Notes under the pieces: generated by a model | Databases searched by the model: none | The model's input: only the letters and a program-made list of their open reading frames with translations | What the model was told of the DNA's origin: nothing | Program-made: the position numbers and the translations under genes | From: Eledone cirrhosa | Lineage: Eukaryota | Length of the DNA stretch: 64,000 bases | Assembly (NCBI GenBank): GCA_964016885.1 | Contig: OZ024765.1 | Span: forward strand, 11,532,001 to 11,596,000 | Reading direction: 5' to 3' | Shown here: one piece after another, positions 43,976 to 58,379 of the stretch | Position numbering within the stretch: position 1 is the stretch's first letter | Layout: every line of letters starts with the position of its first letter

Positions 43976-44015
<40 letters not shown>

Positions 44016-44199
44016 TGTATAGAAGGAGCTTCTACAGGACTAGAACTGTTTCATTCAGATGAAATCTTCATATATTTTACTCTGCCATGTATTGAGTACC
44101 TTACTTACTGTGGTTATCCCCGACTCAACCCGGGACCTACATATATATATATATATATACGTATTTACATACATACATACATAGCCATGCACACATACA

Positions 44200-44872
44200 C
44201 GTGTGCATATGTCTGTATGTATATATACATACTTACATATATATATATATAAATATATACATACATATGTCTGTATGTATATATACATACTTACATATAT
44301 ATACATATATACATACATATGTCTGTATATATACATACTTACATATATATATATAGATATATACATACATATGTATGTATATATACATACTTACATATAT
44401 ATATATACATATATACATACATATGTCTGTATGTATATATACATACTTATATATATATACATATATACATACATATGTCTGTATGTATATATACATACTT
44501 ACATATATATATATAGATATATACATACATATGTATGTATATATACATACTTACATATATATATATACATATATACATACATATGTCTGTATGTATATAT
44601 ACATACTTATATATATATACATATATACATACATATGTCTGTATGTATATATACATACTTACATATATATATATAGATATATACATACATATGTATGTAT
44701 ATATACATACTTACATATATATATATACATATATACATACATATGTCTGTATGTATATATACATACTTACATATATATATATACATATATACATACATAT
44801 GTCTGTATGTATATATACATACTTACATACATATATATATATATACATATATACATACATATGTATGTATAT
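44200..44872. repeat. AT-rich minisatellite with 160-bp higher-order period
   Basis: catatgtctgtatgtatatatacatacttac units; identical ORF starts at 44375, 44535 and 44695. Confidence 0.85.
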
Positions 44873-44943
44873 ATGAAAGATCATCATTATCATCGACATT
44901 AAACAATGATGATGCTACATATATGCATACATACATATATATA

Positions 44944-45467
44944 TAATTGTTTCTATTTTAGGCACAAGGCCAGCAATTACCCAGTGCATTACTGGTACTT
45001 TATTTTATCGACCCTGTAAGGATGAAAGGTAAAGTTAACCTCGGCGGGATTTGAACTCAGATCATAAAGGGATGTAACTCTATATATAATATACATGCAT
45101 ATATACATGCATATATATATGGAGGCACATGGCTTAGTGGTTAGAGCATTGGCCTTGGAATCAAAAGGTTGTGAGTTCAATTCTCAGACCGGGTGATGTG
45201 TTGTTTCCTTGAGCAAGACACTTTATTTCACATTGCTCCAGTTTACTCAGCTGTAGAAATGAGATGATAGGGACTGGGATCCCTATCATTCCACTGCAAA
45301 GTGGTCGTGGAGGTGCCACGGCAAAAAAGCACCCAGCACTCACTGTAAATGAGGTTGGTGTTAGGAAGGGCATCCAGCTGTAGAAATCAAGCCAGTATCA
45401 GTTCCCGTCCCACCCTTGCTCGCAAGGAAAAGTGGACGTAAAATGATGATGATGATGATGATGATGA
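44944..45467. mobile_element. SINE family C fragment (-) and full-length family A SINE (+, 45121-45467)
   Basis: Homology to the other copies in the window. Confidence 0.88.
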
Positions 45468-45711
45468 TATATATGAGAGTGTCCCGACATATACATCCTT
45501 ATATACATATTTTTTCTCAAAGAAATACATTTTTTTATTTCTATCCTTACTCAGTCTCATCTATGTTTCTATTTCGTCTTTAATTTCTCATTTTATTTTC
45601 AGACGAAGGACTAGCATCTGAAACATTAAAACTTGTCCTACAATATTAAGCACGAAACTAATACAATCTTTATTACACTTCTTCATCTGTTGTGTATTTT
45701 TTCCATTTTCT

Positions 45712-45747
<36 letters not shown>

Positions 45748-45911
45748 GGGATTTTTGTTGTGTTAACACTGGTCTGAGGATCCGGCAGACTCAGAGTTTG
45801 GTCTGGGTTACCAACCCAGATCACGGAGCTGGCTGCTTGAAAAACATTTGTAACCAGGTTTGAGCAATAATTCTCCTCTGTAACACATCCAATTTGTTAT
45901 TATTATTATTA

Positions 45912-46560
45912 TCCCGCCGAGGTTAACTTTGCTTTCATCCTTACGGGGTCGATAAAATAAAGTACCAGTAATGCACTGGGATAATTGCTGGCCTTGTGCC
46001 AAAAGTAGAAACAAGGCATATGGCTTAGTGGTTAGAGCATTGGCCTTGCAATCGAAGGTTGTGAGTTCAATTCTCAGGCCGGGTGATGTGTTGTTTCCTT
46101 GGGCAAGACACTTTATTTCACATCGCTCCAGTTTACTCAGCTGTAGAAATGAGATGATAGGGACTGGGGTCCCTATCATTCCACTGTAAAGTGGTCGTGG
46201 AGGTGCCACGGCAAAAAAACACCCAGCACTCACTGTAAATGAGGTTGGTGTTAGGAAGGGCATCCTGCTGTAGAGATAAGCCAGAATCAGTTCCCATCCC
46301 ACCCTTGCAAGCAGGGAAAAAGCGGACATAAAATGAAATGATGAAAAATGATGAAATGATGAATAGGGAGGTGGATTGGCAGTATCGGTAGAGGGTTGGA
46401 CGCCATGCTTTCCAGCATAGTTACGTCTCTTTGCGGTCTGAGTTCAAATCCCGCCGAGGTTAACTTTGCCTTTCATCCTTACGGAGTCGATAAAATAAAG
46501 TACCAGTAATGTACTGGGATAATTGATGGCCTTGTGCCTAAAGTAGAAACAATTATTATT
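45912..46560 (+). mobile_element. SINE cluster: C 3' half, full A (46015-46362), full C (46366-46560)
   Basis: Homology to the other copies in the window. Confidence 0.88.
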
Positions 46561-46742
46561 ATTATTATTATTACTATATATATATATATCCAAGAGATGG
46601 CAACATGAAAGGACCTGTTATTTTTATCTAAAGACTTTTTTACCAATTCCACCCCACTCGTCCCTTCAATCTTTCTAATTTCTCATTCTTTCTCCCGATG
46701 AAGGGCTGCCACAATGAATATATTAACTATATTAATCAGCCT

Positions 46743-46986
46743 GTAGGCTGAGGAAAAGGAGGAGGAGAGGAAAGGAGTACAAGCTCTTCGTACTCCTGGA
46801 GATGAGGGTTGCACATTTTTTTCGGGGGTATGTGTTACCCATATAAACTGTCTCCCTCTATTGGGGGAAAATCGACTAACTTTTAAATTCCATCTGTGAT
46901 AACATTTTACACGTTTTTATTGTATGTAAACTTCCCCCTTTGTATTTGTCCCCTTCTTTTGTGCCCCTGTGGCTAATAAAGAAATA
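46743..46986 (+). mobile_element. Tx1/L1-clade 3' UTR fragment
   Basis: Reverse-complement homologue of 3795-4035; ends in gtggctaataaagaaat. Confidence 0.7.
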
Positions 46987-47067
46987 TATATTATAGAAGA
47001 ATAATCAATAAAATTAACCTTAGTAATGGAAACGTTGATGGACACAGACACTTCCAGGAATTATGCT

Positions 47068-47280
47068 ATGGCTTAGTGGTTAGAGCATTAGGCTTGCAAT
47101 CGAAAGGGTGTGAGTTCAATTCTCAGACCAAGTGATGTGTTGTTTCCTCGAGCAAGACTCTTTATTTCACATTGCTATAGTTTACTTTGCCTTTCATCCT
47201 TACGGGGTCGATAAAATAAAGTACCAGTAATACACTGGAATAATTGCTGGCCTTGTGCCAAAAGTAGAAATAATTTTTAT
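47068..47280 (+). mobile_element. Chimeric SINE: family A head and CORE joined to family C 3' half
   Basis: tggcttagtggttagagc..ttcacattgct then actttgcctttcatccttacgggg. Confidence 0.75.
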
Positions 47281-47317
47281 TACTATTATTATTGTTGTTG
47301 TTGCTTTGTCTGGTTTG

Positions 47318-47355
<38 letters not shown>

Positions 47356-47856
47356 TCATCCCCGTTTAGCATCCATTTTTCTATGTTTACATGGGTGTAT
47401 ATATATATAATGTCATGGGTGTATATATATATATATAATGTCATGGGTGTATATATATATATATATATAATGTCATCTAGTGCTTTGATAAATATGTGTA
47501 GATATATTCGGTGCAAATCAAAAATAAAAATTAATTTTATTTGGGTATGTGTGCATATATGTATGTGTGTGTCTGTGTGTCTGTGTGTGTGGGAATGCAT
47601 GTGTCTGTATGGATCTGTATGTCTGCACATATGTGTGTGTATGTATGTCTATGTGTGCTAATGTGCATATATATATATATATATATATACATATATGTAT
47701 ACATATATATATATATATATATACACATACATATGTATATATATATATATATGTGTGTGTGTACATGTGTGTGTGTGTGTGCATTTATGTGTGAGGGGAT
47801 GCATGTGTTTGTATGGATCAGTATGTGTGTATGTGCATGTGTGTCTATGTGCGCTA

Positions 47857-47907
<51 letters not shown>

Positions 47908-47928
47908 CATGTAAATTTATGAGTGCTA

Positions 47929-47964
<36 letters not shown>

Positions 47965-48019
47965 TATTCAAAACTCAATAACTGCACTTGCAAACTTGCA
48001 GATGTCAAAGTTATTGCAA

Positions 48020-49340
48020 AACTACTGCCACCACCATCAATACCAACAGCACTAAAACACTAACACCACCACCACCACCACCACCACCACCACCAATATC
48101 ACACTCCTCCTCACCACAACCAACACAGACACTACCACCACCCCACCACCACAACCACCACCATCACTACCTCCACCATCACCAAAGCCACTACCATCAC
48201 CAACACTACCTCCACCACCAACACCACTACTACAACCACGAACACCACCACAACCACCACTAACATCACCACAACTACAACCACCACCACCACAACTACC
48301 ACCACCACCGCCACCACCACCACAACTACAACCAACACCACCACCACAACTACAACCACCACCACCACCACCAACACCAACACCACCACCACCACCACAA
48401 CTACAACCAACACCACCACCACAACTACAACCACCACCAACACCACCACAACTACAACCAACACCACCACCACAACTACAACCAACACCACCACCACCAC
48501 CACAACTACAACCTACACCACCACCACCACCACAACTACAACCACCACCAACACCACCACCACAACTACAACCAACACCACCACCAACACCACCACCACA
48601 ACTACAACCAACACCACCACCAACACCACCACCACAACTACAACCTACACCACCACCAACACCACCACCACAACTACAACCACCACCACCACCACCACAA
48701 CTACAACCAACACCACCACCACAACTACAACCACCACCAACACCACCACAACTACAACCAACACCACCACCACAACTACAACCAACACCACCACCACCAC
48801 CACAACTACAACCTACACCACCACCACCACCACAACTACAACCACCACCAACACCACCACCACAACTACAACCAACACCACCACCACAACTACAACCTAC
48901 ACCACCACCACCACCACCACAACTACAACCACCACCACCACCACAACTACAACCACCACCACCACCACCACAACTACAACCACAACCAACACCACCACCA
49001 CCACCACCACCACAACTACAACCAACACCACCACCAACACCACCACCACAACTACAACCTACACCACCACCAACACCACCACCACAACTACAACCACCAC
49101 CACCACCACCACCACAACTACAACCACCACCACCACCACCACCACCACAACTACAACCAACACCACCACCACCACCACCACCACAACTACAACCAACACC
49201 ACCACCAACACCACCACCACAACTACAACCAACACCACAACTACAACCAACACGACGACGACCACCACCACCACCACCACAACTACAACCAACACGACCA
49301 CCATCACCACCACCACAACTACAACCATCACCACCACCAA
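48020..49340. repeat. (ACC/ACA)-based triplet minisatellite
   Basis: ccacaactacaaccaacaccacc units. Confidence 0.9.
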
Positions 49341-49779
49341 TATTCCACAACATCCCCCCAAACTACCATCAATATGTGGAATCGAGACATTCTATTTTTT
49401 AAATCAATAAACTGGATTTTATTTTTGTAACCTCATAGATTTGTTGTTGTTGTTGTTGTAGTAGTGGTTGTTGTAGTGGTTTTTGTTGATGTAGTATTTG
49501 TTGTAGTTGTAGTTGTTATTGTTGTTACTGATGTTGTAGTAGTTGTTGTAGTTGTTACTGTAGGTGTTATAGTAACTGTTTCGTTGCAGTGTTATTTAAC
49601 GCAAAGTCAACGACCTTAGAGCAAGAATTCCTGCCGTGACCCCACCCTACCAACCCATACAATATAATAATAATGAAAATTGTGTACAGTGCTCAGGTGC
49701 ACTACAACTCATCAAAGATGCATGTATAGTACATATTTTATCCTGTTTGTAAAATAAGTTGGATTACTTTACTTTGAAT

Positions 49780-49970
49780 AAATAATTATTTCTACTTTTG
49801 GTACAAGACCAACAATTATCCCAGTGCATTACTGGTACTTTATTTTATCGACCCTGTAAGGATGAAAGGCAAAGTTAACCTTGGCGGGATTTGAACTCCG
49901 ACCGTAAAGTGCCGTAACTCTTTGCTGCAAAGCATGGCGTCCGACCCTCTACCGATACTGCCAATCCACC
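49780..49970 (-). mobile_element. SINE family C
   Basis: Reverse complement of the 24516 type. Confidence 0.85.
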
Positions 49971-50199
49971 GAATGAATGAATATTACATAATTTATGTAC
50001 TAAATTTCGTAACTCTTGATAAAATATAAATAATTTTATTGCTTATTTCAAGATTCACTTCTTTAAAATTTTCAAATGTCAACACTTCTGGTTAGTGTCT
50101 GCTATATTATAACACTTATTACATCGCTTATATAAACGTTCATATATTTCCGTCGCTAATTTTCTCCTAATGCAGTTTATATATATAATATCGTCTTTT

Positions 50200-50428
50200 T
50201 TAATCCTTTAGCATTTACATTACTCTATATATACTATTGTATTTTCACGATAAAGTCTTTATCTTACATAATTATCTCACATAACATCTAATCTGTGAGA
50301 GTTTGATATAATATATGTTGAGAACGATACCTTAACATCAGTATGTGTGGCCGGTTACAGCCAGTTTGAACTGAAAAAAATGAGAAAATTCTGGCCAGAT
50401 ACAGCCTGTTTAAATGCTAAAGGGTTAA
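50200..50428. mobile_element. TTAA-flanked piggyBac-like MITE
   Basis: ttaa-tcctttagcattta ... taaatgctaaaggg-ttaa. Confidence 0.75.
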
Positions 50429-50784
50429 ATGTCTCATGGATTATTTTATTGATTCAATTTCTGTGAATAATCTCAATTACGATTTTATTTGCCGTATCAT
50501 ATCTCCATGTATATATATGTGTGTATAATATCAATATACACACTACACATGCTAGCAGAAAACCAGCCAAAGGGTGGTTTTTCTGTTAGTGATAATAATG
50601 AAATTATTGTGTACAGTGCTCAGGTGCACAACAACTTATCAAAGGTGCATGTATAGTGCATAGAATAATGTACAAATATTAGGAGAGAGAACAGTGTATG
50701 AGTCATGATACAGGGTGTCACAAGAAAAGGTATATACACTTCAACAGCATTATAATAAATATTTCCAGTACAGGTAATCAAAGT

Positions 50785-52099
50785 GTGCAATGTCAATGTG
50801 CATGAACGGCCAAGCATGGATGAGTTGAGAGAGAAACTGTGTATAAGAGGGATAAATTGTAGTGTGTGGGAGAGAAGACTGAGATGGTATGGACATGTGA
50901 TGAGTTGAGAGAGAAACTGTGTATAAGAGGGATAAGTTGTAGTGTGTGGGAGAGAAGGCTGAGATGGTATGTACATGTGATGAGTTGAGAGAGAAACTGG
51001 GTATAAGAGGGATAAGTTGTAGTGTGTGGGAGAGAAGGCTGAGATGGTATGGACATGTGATGAGTTGAGAGAGAAACTGTGTATAAGAGGGATAAGTTGT
51101 AGTGTGTGGGAGAGAAGACTGATATGGTATGGACATGTGATGAGTTGAGAGAGAAACTGTGTATAATAGGGATAAGTTGTAGTGTGTGGGAGAGAAGACT
51201 GAGATGGTATGGACATGTGATGAGTTGAGAGAGAAACTGTGTATAAGAGGGATAAGTTGTGGTGTGTGGGAGAGAAGGCTGAGATGGTATGGACATGCGG
51301 TGAGTTGAGAGAGAAACTGTGTATAAGAGGGATAAGTTGTGGTGTGTGGGAGAGCAGACTGAGATGGTATGGACATGTGATGAGTTGAGAGAGAAACTGT
51401 GTATAAGAGGGATAAGTTGTGGTGTGTGAGAGAGAAGACTGATATGGTATGGACATGCGATGAGTTGAGAGAGAAACTGTGTATAAGAGGGATAAGTTGT
51501 GGTGTGTGGGAGAGAAGGCTGAGATGGTATGGACATGTGATGAGTTGAGAGAGAAACTGTGTATAAGAGGGATAAGTTGTGGTGTGTGGGAGAGAAGGCT
51601 GAGATGGTATGGACATGTGATGAGTTGAGAGAGAAACTGTGTATAAGAGGGATAAGTTGTGGTGTGTGGGAGAGAAGGCTGAGATGGTATGGACATGTGA
51701 TGAGTTGAGAGAGAAACTGTGTATAAGAGGGATAAGTTGTGGTGTGTGGGAGAGAAGGCTGAGATGGTATGGACATGTGATGAGTTGAGAGAGAAACTGT
51801 GTATAAGAGGGATAAGTTGTGGTGTGTGGGAGAGAAGGCTGAGATGGTATGGACATGTGATGCGCACGGAGGATGACCGCTGGGTAAAGAAGTGCCAAGA
51901 AATCCCAGTGGAAGGAAGACGCAGTAGAGGAAGACCACAAAAAACATGGGCGGAGGTGGTGAGAACAGACCTCAGATCGCTGCAGCTCACAGAGGTGATG
52001 ACGAAGGACCGTGACGAATGGAGAGATGCTGAATAGGACCCGTCCCACCCTTGCAAGCAGGGAAAAGCAGACATAAAATGATGATGATGATAATGATGA
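50785..52099 (+). mobile_element. RTE LINE 3' end with a 13 x 80-bp internal tandem array
   Basis: tgagttgaga every 80 bp from 50821 to 51781; resumes as RLRWYGHVMRTEDDRWVKKC..RGRPQKTW and the RTE tail. Confidence 0.92.
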
Positions 52100-52761
52100 T
52101 CTCTGTGAGTGTGTATCTGTGTATGTGTGTATATTTATGTATATATATTTGTGTATGTGTATGTATATCTCTGTGTGTATGTGTGCATATGAATGTATAT
52201 ATATATATATATCTCTGTGTGAATATGTATGTATATCTGTATGTGTGTGTATATACACGTATGTGTATGTATATCTCTGTGTGTATATGCATATATCCAT
52301 GTATTTATTTGTATATGTGTGTGTGTGCATACGTATATGTATATATATGTGTACAAGTGTGTGTTTATGTGGGTGAGTACATATGTATGTGTAGGAATAT
52401 GTATGTACATGCGTGTATATGTGTGTATATGTATGTATTTGTATGTGTGTATTTGTGTGTGTGTATTTGTGTATATGTATGTATGCGTATATATATATAT
52501 ACACATATACATATATACACATATATATATATACATATATATATACATATATATATATATACATACACATATACATATATATATACATACACATATATAC
52601 ATACATACACACATATATATATTTATACATACACATATACATATATATATGCATGCAAATATACATATATATACATACACATACACATATATACATACAT
52701 ACACACATATATATTTATACATACACATATATATATATATTATATATATATATACACACAT

Positions 52762-52804
<43 letters not shown>

Positions 52805-52809
52805 CACAT

Positions 52810-52862
<53 letters not shown>

Positions 52863-53134
52863 TATACATACACATATATATATGTATATATACATATATA
52901 AACACACACTTGTACACATATATATACATATACGTATGCACACAGACATATACAAATAAATACATGGATATATGCATATACACACAGAGATATACATACA
53001 CATACGTGTATATACACACACATACAGATATACATACATATTCACACAGATATATATATATATACGTAAAATGATGATGATGATGATGATATATATACAT
53101 ACACATATATACATACACATATATATGTATATAC

Positions 53135-53172
<38 letters not shown>

Positions 53173-53227
53173 TTGTGTGTGTATGTATATATATATATAT
53201 ATACACACACATATACATACACATATA

Positions 53228-53259
<32 letters not shown>

Positions 53260-53486
53260 CATACACATATACACATACACATATGTACATATATATATAT
53301 ATATATATATATGCTTGTGTATATATATATATATATATATACACACACATATACATACACATATATATATATATGTATATATACATACATATATATATAC
53401 ATACACATATACACATTCACATATGTACATACACATATATATGTATATACATACATATATATATATATATATATATGCTTGTGTAA

Positions 53487-53542
<56 letters not shown>

Positions 53543-53867
53543 ATAACGTGCGTAGAATCAGCGTTTCAAATCTATTTTACCTGCCAGCCTTGGAGTAGTT
53601 GGTCTGGTCCTAAGCCAACAATGGTATAAAACCAATTCTATTGAAATGTTAGCACTCTAGCTATAGAAATCTGTTAATCATCGCTGATTTTTGTTGTTTT
53701 TAATATGACATGGCACGATTTAAAGGTAGTTGATTAAATAAATGAAATTTTGTCTTTCTTTGTTTGTTGCTTATTTTATAAAATTCTTATTTTTATCTTT
53801 CTAACTTTGGGGTCTTCAAACTCATTTCTAAATGTTTAATTGCAATTTTTAGCATTTAAAAGTCTAT

Positions 53868-54220
53868 TTAACCCTTTAGCATCCACATTTCTCTCTATAT
53901 ACGATTGCATTTTCACAGTAAAGGCTTTATATTAATACTCTGAGATTTTGATATTATTTATTTTGAGAACAATAACTTTACATAAGTATGAGCAGCTGGG
54001 TATGGCCAGTTTGATCAGAAAGAGGTGAGAGAATTTTGGCTGGATATGGCAGTAGAGGAAGACCAGAAAAAAACATGGGCAGAGGTGGTGAGAGGTGACC
54101 TCAGATCGCTAAAGATCACAGAGGAGATGATGAAGGACCCGTGACGAATAAAGAGGTGCTGTGCTGAAGAGGACCCGACCCGACCCGACCCACCCTTGCA
54201 AGAAAGGAAAAGTGGACATA
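53868..54220 (+). mobile_element. Truncated TTAA-MITE followed by an RTE 3' end (54048-54220)
   Basis: ttaaccctttagcat start; gcagtagaggaagacc..cacccttgcaag..gtggacataa. Confidence 0.8.
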
Positions 54221-54371
54221 AGCATACGGTGTATTGCCAAATATACTATACATACATGTCATGTATACATCACTATTTCAGAGCACCAATCCTAATACCT
54301 AATTTTTTCTGGACCGGCAATCGCTCTGTATAATCAGCTCCTGATTATTACTGGAATTCTATAAGAATCCA

Positions 54372-54476
54372 GCTTCTATAATTTTCGGCAAAAGCAGGGG
54401 AGTACGTGGCTCTGATGAGCACCAACTAGCGTGAAACAGAGAGTCAGCTTCTCTCCCTTCTTTTGCCAAAAAGAAG
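54372..54476 (+). ncRNA. Type I hammerhead ribozyme with extended, internally looped stem I
   Basis: ggcaaaag-c-aggggag-tacgt-ggct-CTGATGA-gcac-caacta-gcgt-GAAA-c-agaga-g-TC-agct-tct-ctccctt-cttttgcc; predicted cleavage after 54445. Confidence 0.82.
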
Positions 54477-54604
54477 TGACATAGTCACTACTTTAAAACT
54501 GATAGCGTATGATCTTCTAAATGTTTTTAATTAAGCATACGCTATATTGCCAAATATACTATAAATACATTGGTACCACAACACCCAGTCCTAAATAAAT
54601 GAGG

Positions 54605-54850
54605 TCGTGTAGGTGTCACGACAAAAAAAACACACAGTCCACGCTGTAATGTGGCCGTGTAGGTAACACGGTAAAAACCTTCCAGTCCACACTGTAAACG
54701 TGGTTGGTGTTAGGAAGGGCATCCAGCTGTAGAAAACCCGCCAGATAGTCCTATACGAGCAGGACAACCAATCTTGCCTCAAGTGGGACAATTACCATCA
54801 AAACCCATGCAAGCGTGGAAGATGGACATTAAACGATGATGATGATGATG
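54605..54850 (+). mobile_element. SINE 3' part with RTE-type tail
   Basis: Single-copy version of the 6420-6928 unit. Confidence 0.8.
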
Positions 54851-55679
54851 TGTGTGTGTGTATGTAAGTGTGTGTGTGTGTAAGATGTTAGTAACTAAGA
54901 CTAGTAAGACCATTTTTATTCAATGTAAGGAAAGTAGATGTTATTATGAGACCCTTCAGTTGAGTTGAAACTATTCCAAAACAATATAAGTTTAACCACA
55001 GGGCATGACTATCATATAAATATATCATATATATATATATATATATATGTATGTATATATGTATGTATACATGTATGTATGTATATATGTATATATGTAT
55101 GTATCTATCTATCTATATATATATACATATATATATATACATATATATATATATACATATATATATACATATATATATATAATATATATATACATATATA
55201 TACATATATATATATAATTATGTATGTATATATATATATATACATATGTATGTATATATATATATATATACATATATACATATATATACATATATATATA
55301 CATATATATATACATATATATATAAATATATATATCTATATATATATCTATATATACAATATATATATACAATATATGTATATGTATACATACATATACA
55401 TATATATATATATATACATATATATACATACATATATATACACACACATATATATATATACACACACACACACATATATACACATATATATACATATACA
55501 TACATATATATGAGAGAGAGAGATTATATACATGTCTACAGTAGCTGGGGGTATGAACTTAGAAGATTTATATATGCAATCAGGGGTCAAAGGTCAAACA
55601 CACTGTAACAGTTGGTCAACAGGTCAAGCCCTATATAAGTCAGCAGATTTTCATCCCAATATTTCCACACACATCACAT

Positions 55680-55718
<39 letters not shown>

Positions 55719-56143
55719 ATATATGTGTACATATATATGTATTTATGTATATATGTGTACATATATATATGTATATATATATATGTAAAGATATATATGC
55801 GTGTGTATATATATACATATATATATACATGTATATATAGTAATAATAATAAATTTGAAGACTAAAAATCTGTTATTTTAATAAATACATGTATGTATAT
55901 ATATATATATATGTATATATGTGTACATATATATGTATGTATGTATATATGTGTACATATATATGTATATATATATATGTAAAGATATATATGCATGTGT
56001 ATATATACATATATATATACATGTGTATATATATATATATGTGTACATATATATGTATTTATGTATATATGTGTACATATATATGTATATATATATATGT
56101 AAAGATATATATGCGTGTGTATATATACATATATATATACATG

Positions 56144-56174
<31 letters not shown>

Positions 56175-56324
56175 GTGTACATATATATGTATTTATGTAT
56201 ATATGTGTACATATATATGTATATATATAAAGATATATATGTGTGTATATATACATATATATATATATATAAGTATGCAAGTAACTATGTATACATGTAC
56301 GTATGTTTGTATGTATGTAAGTGT

Positions 56325-56580
56325 GTCATCATCACCGTTTTACGTCCGTTCTTCCACGCTAGCATGGGTTAGACGGGTTGTCCTGTTGTGGGCAGTGTCT
56401 GGTCGGCTGACCATGCCTTGCTCATACAGGAACTGATCTGGCTTGATTTCTACAGCTGGATGCCCTTCCTAACACCAACCTCATTTACAGTGAGTGCTGG
56501 GTGCTTTTTCGTGGCGCCTACACGTCCACTTTACAGTGTGGGCTGGGTGCTTTTTTGCCGTGGCACCTCCACGACCACCT
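56325..56580 (-). mobile_element. SINE 3' part related to family A
   Basis: ggcttgatttctacagctggatgcccttcctaacacc; tail acccatgctagcgtggaagaacggacgtaaaa on the minus strand. Confidence 0.8.
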
Positions 56581-56604
56581 TGCGGTGGGGGGGGGGGGGG
56601 GGCA

Positions 56605-56846
56605 TATTGTTTATATGCTTCAGCATGTACCCATGGGAGGTCGGGTACCCTGTATTACTGCGTGACGCCAGAAGTCACGGTCGTGTGTCATTGACTTTGA
56701 GAGGTGTAGTTGGGTAAGGTCGGCTTTTATCACCTCATCCCAAGTCATCTTGGGTCTCCCCACTCCGCGGTTTCCATCAACTTCTAGTGCTCTGCACCTT
56801 TTTATGCAGCTGTCATCCTTCATACGCATCACATGTCCATACCAGC
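56605..56846 (-). mobile_element. RTE-clade LINE 3' end, second subfamily
   Basis: RWYGHVMRMKDDSCIKRC..GRPKMTWDEVIKADL..DRDFWR. Confidence 0.85.
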
Positions 56847-56851
56847 GTGTA

Positions 56852-56896
<45 letters not shown>

Positions 56897-57224
56897 GCAT
56901 GTATGTATAAATATATATATAATGACCATAAGCTAAGGCCATTTAAATGTGAGATAATTTGTGGTGTGTTGAGTTTGCCCTAGGATGTCAGACAAAATAT
57001 CCGTGTGATAATATATGATCTTCTGACCCCTGGGGAACTCCAATATACACCGTCATTCACACACACGTTTCACACAGTTTTACCCCCCCCCCCCCCCCAC
57101 ACACACATGCACAGTATATATATATATATGTAATAGTTTGTATGTTCACTGAAGCATCTTCCTCACCAAATACTTAGCACTAATAAAAAGTTGTTGATAG
57201 TTGCGTACATACATGCATATCACA

Positions 57225-57510
57225 CCTGATGTACCCCTTCCATACACATACACACATGTGTGTATCATGACTCGTGCACTGTTCATTTTACTGATGTTTG
57301 TGCATTGCCCTATGTACTGTACATGCACTTTTTTGATGAGTTGTGGTGCACCTGGGCACTGTACACAATATTTCATTATTGTTATTGTTATTATATCATG
57401 ACTCATACACTGTTTATTTTCCTGACATTTGTACATTATTCTATGTACTATACATGCACCGTTGATGAGTTGTAGTGCACCTGAGCACTGTACACAATAA
57501 TTTCATTATT
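57225..57510 (+). mobile_element. Two tandem CR1 3' UTR copies
   Basis: Homologous to 34305-34460; inverted copies at ~49670-49735 and 50595-50710. Confidence 0.8.
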
Positions 57511-57557
57511 ATTATATATATATATACACATGCATATATATACACATGTATATACAA

Positions 57558-58284
<727 letters not shown>

Positions 58285-58379
58285 TGGCTTTAATAGTAAC
58301 AGTAATATATTTATCAATGTGTTTTTTTAATGAGGACATACAGTTAGCACACTCCGTGCCCTTCACTGCATGGACACTT

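Noticed and set aside
41281-44022. 913-aa Pro/His/Thr-rich ORF
   Set aside because: Runs through an (ACC)n minisatellite and TA/CA repeats; the same peptides appear in all frames.
48052-49353. Gly/Cys-rich 433-aa ORF resembling a structural protein
   Set aside because: Pure triplet-derived minisatellite with no signal peptide or gene context.
50620-52708. Three overlapping 384-652-aa minus-strand ORFs
   Set aside because: Antisense of an 80-bp RTE-derived array; a unit length not divisible by 3 gives the same peptide in each frame.
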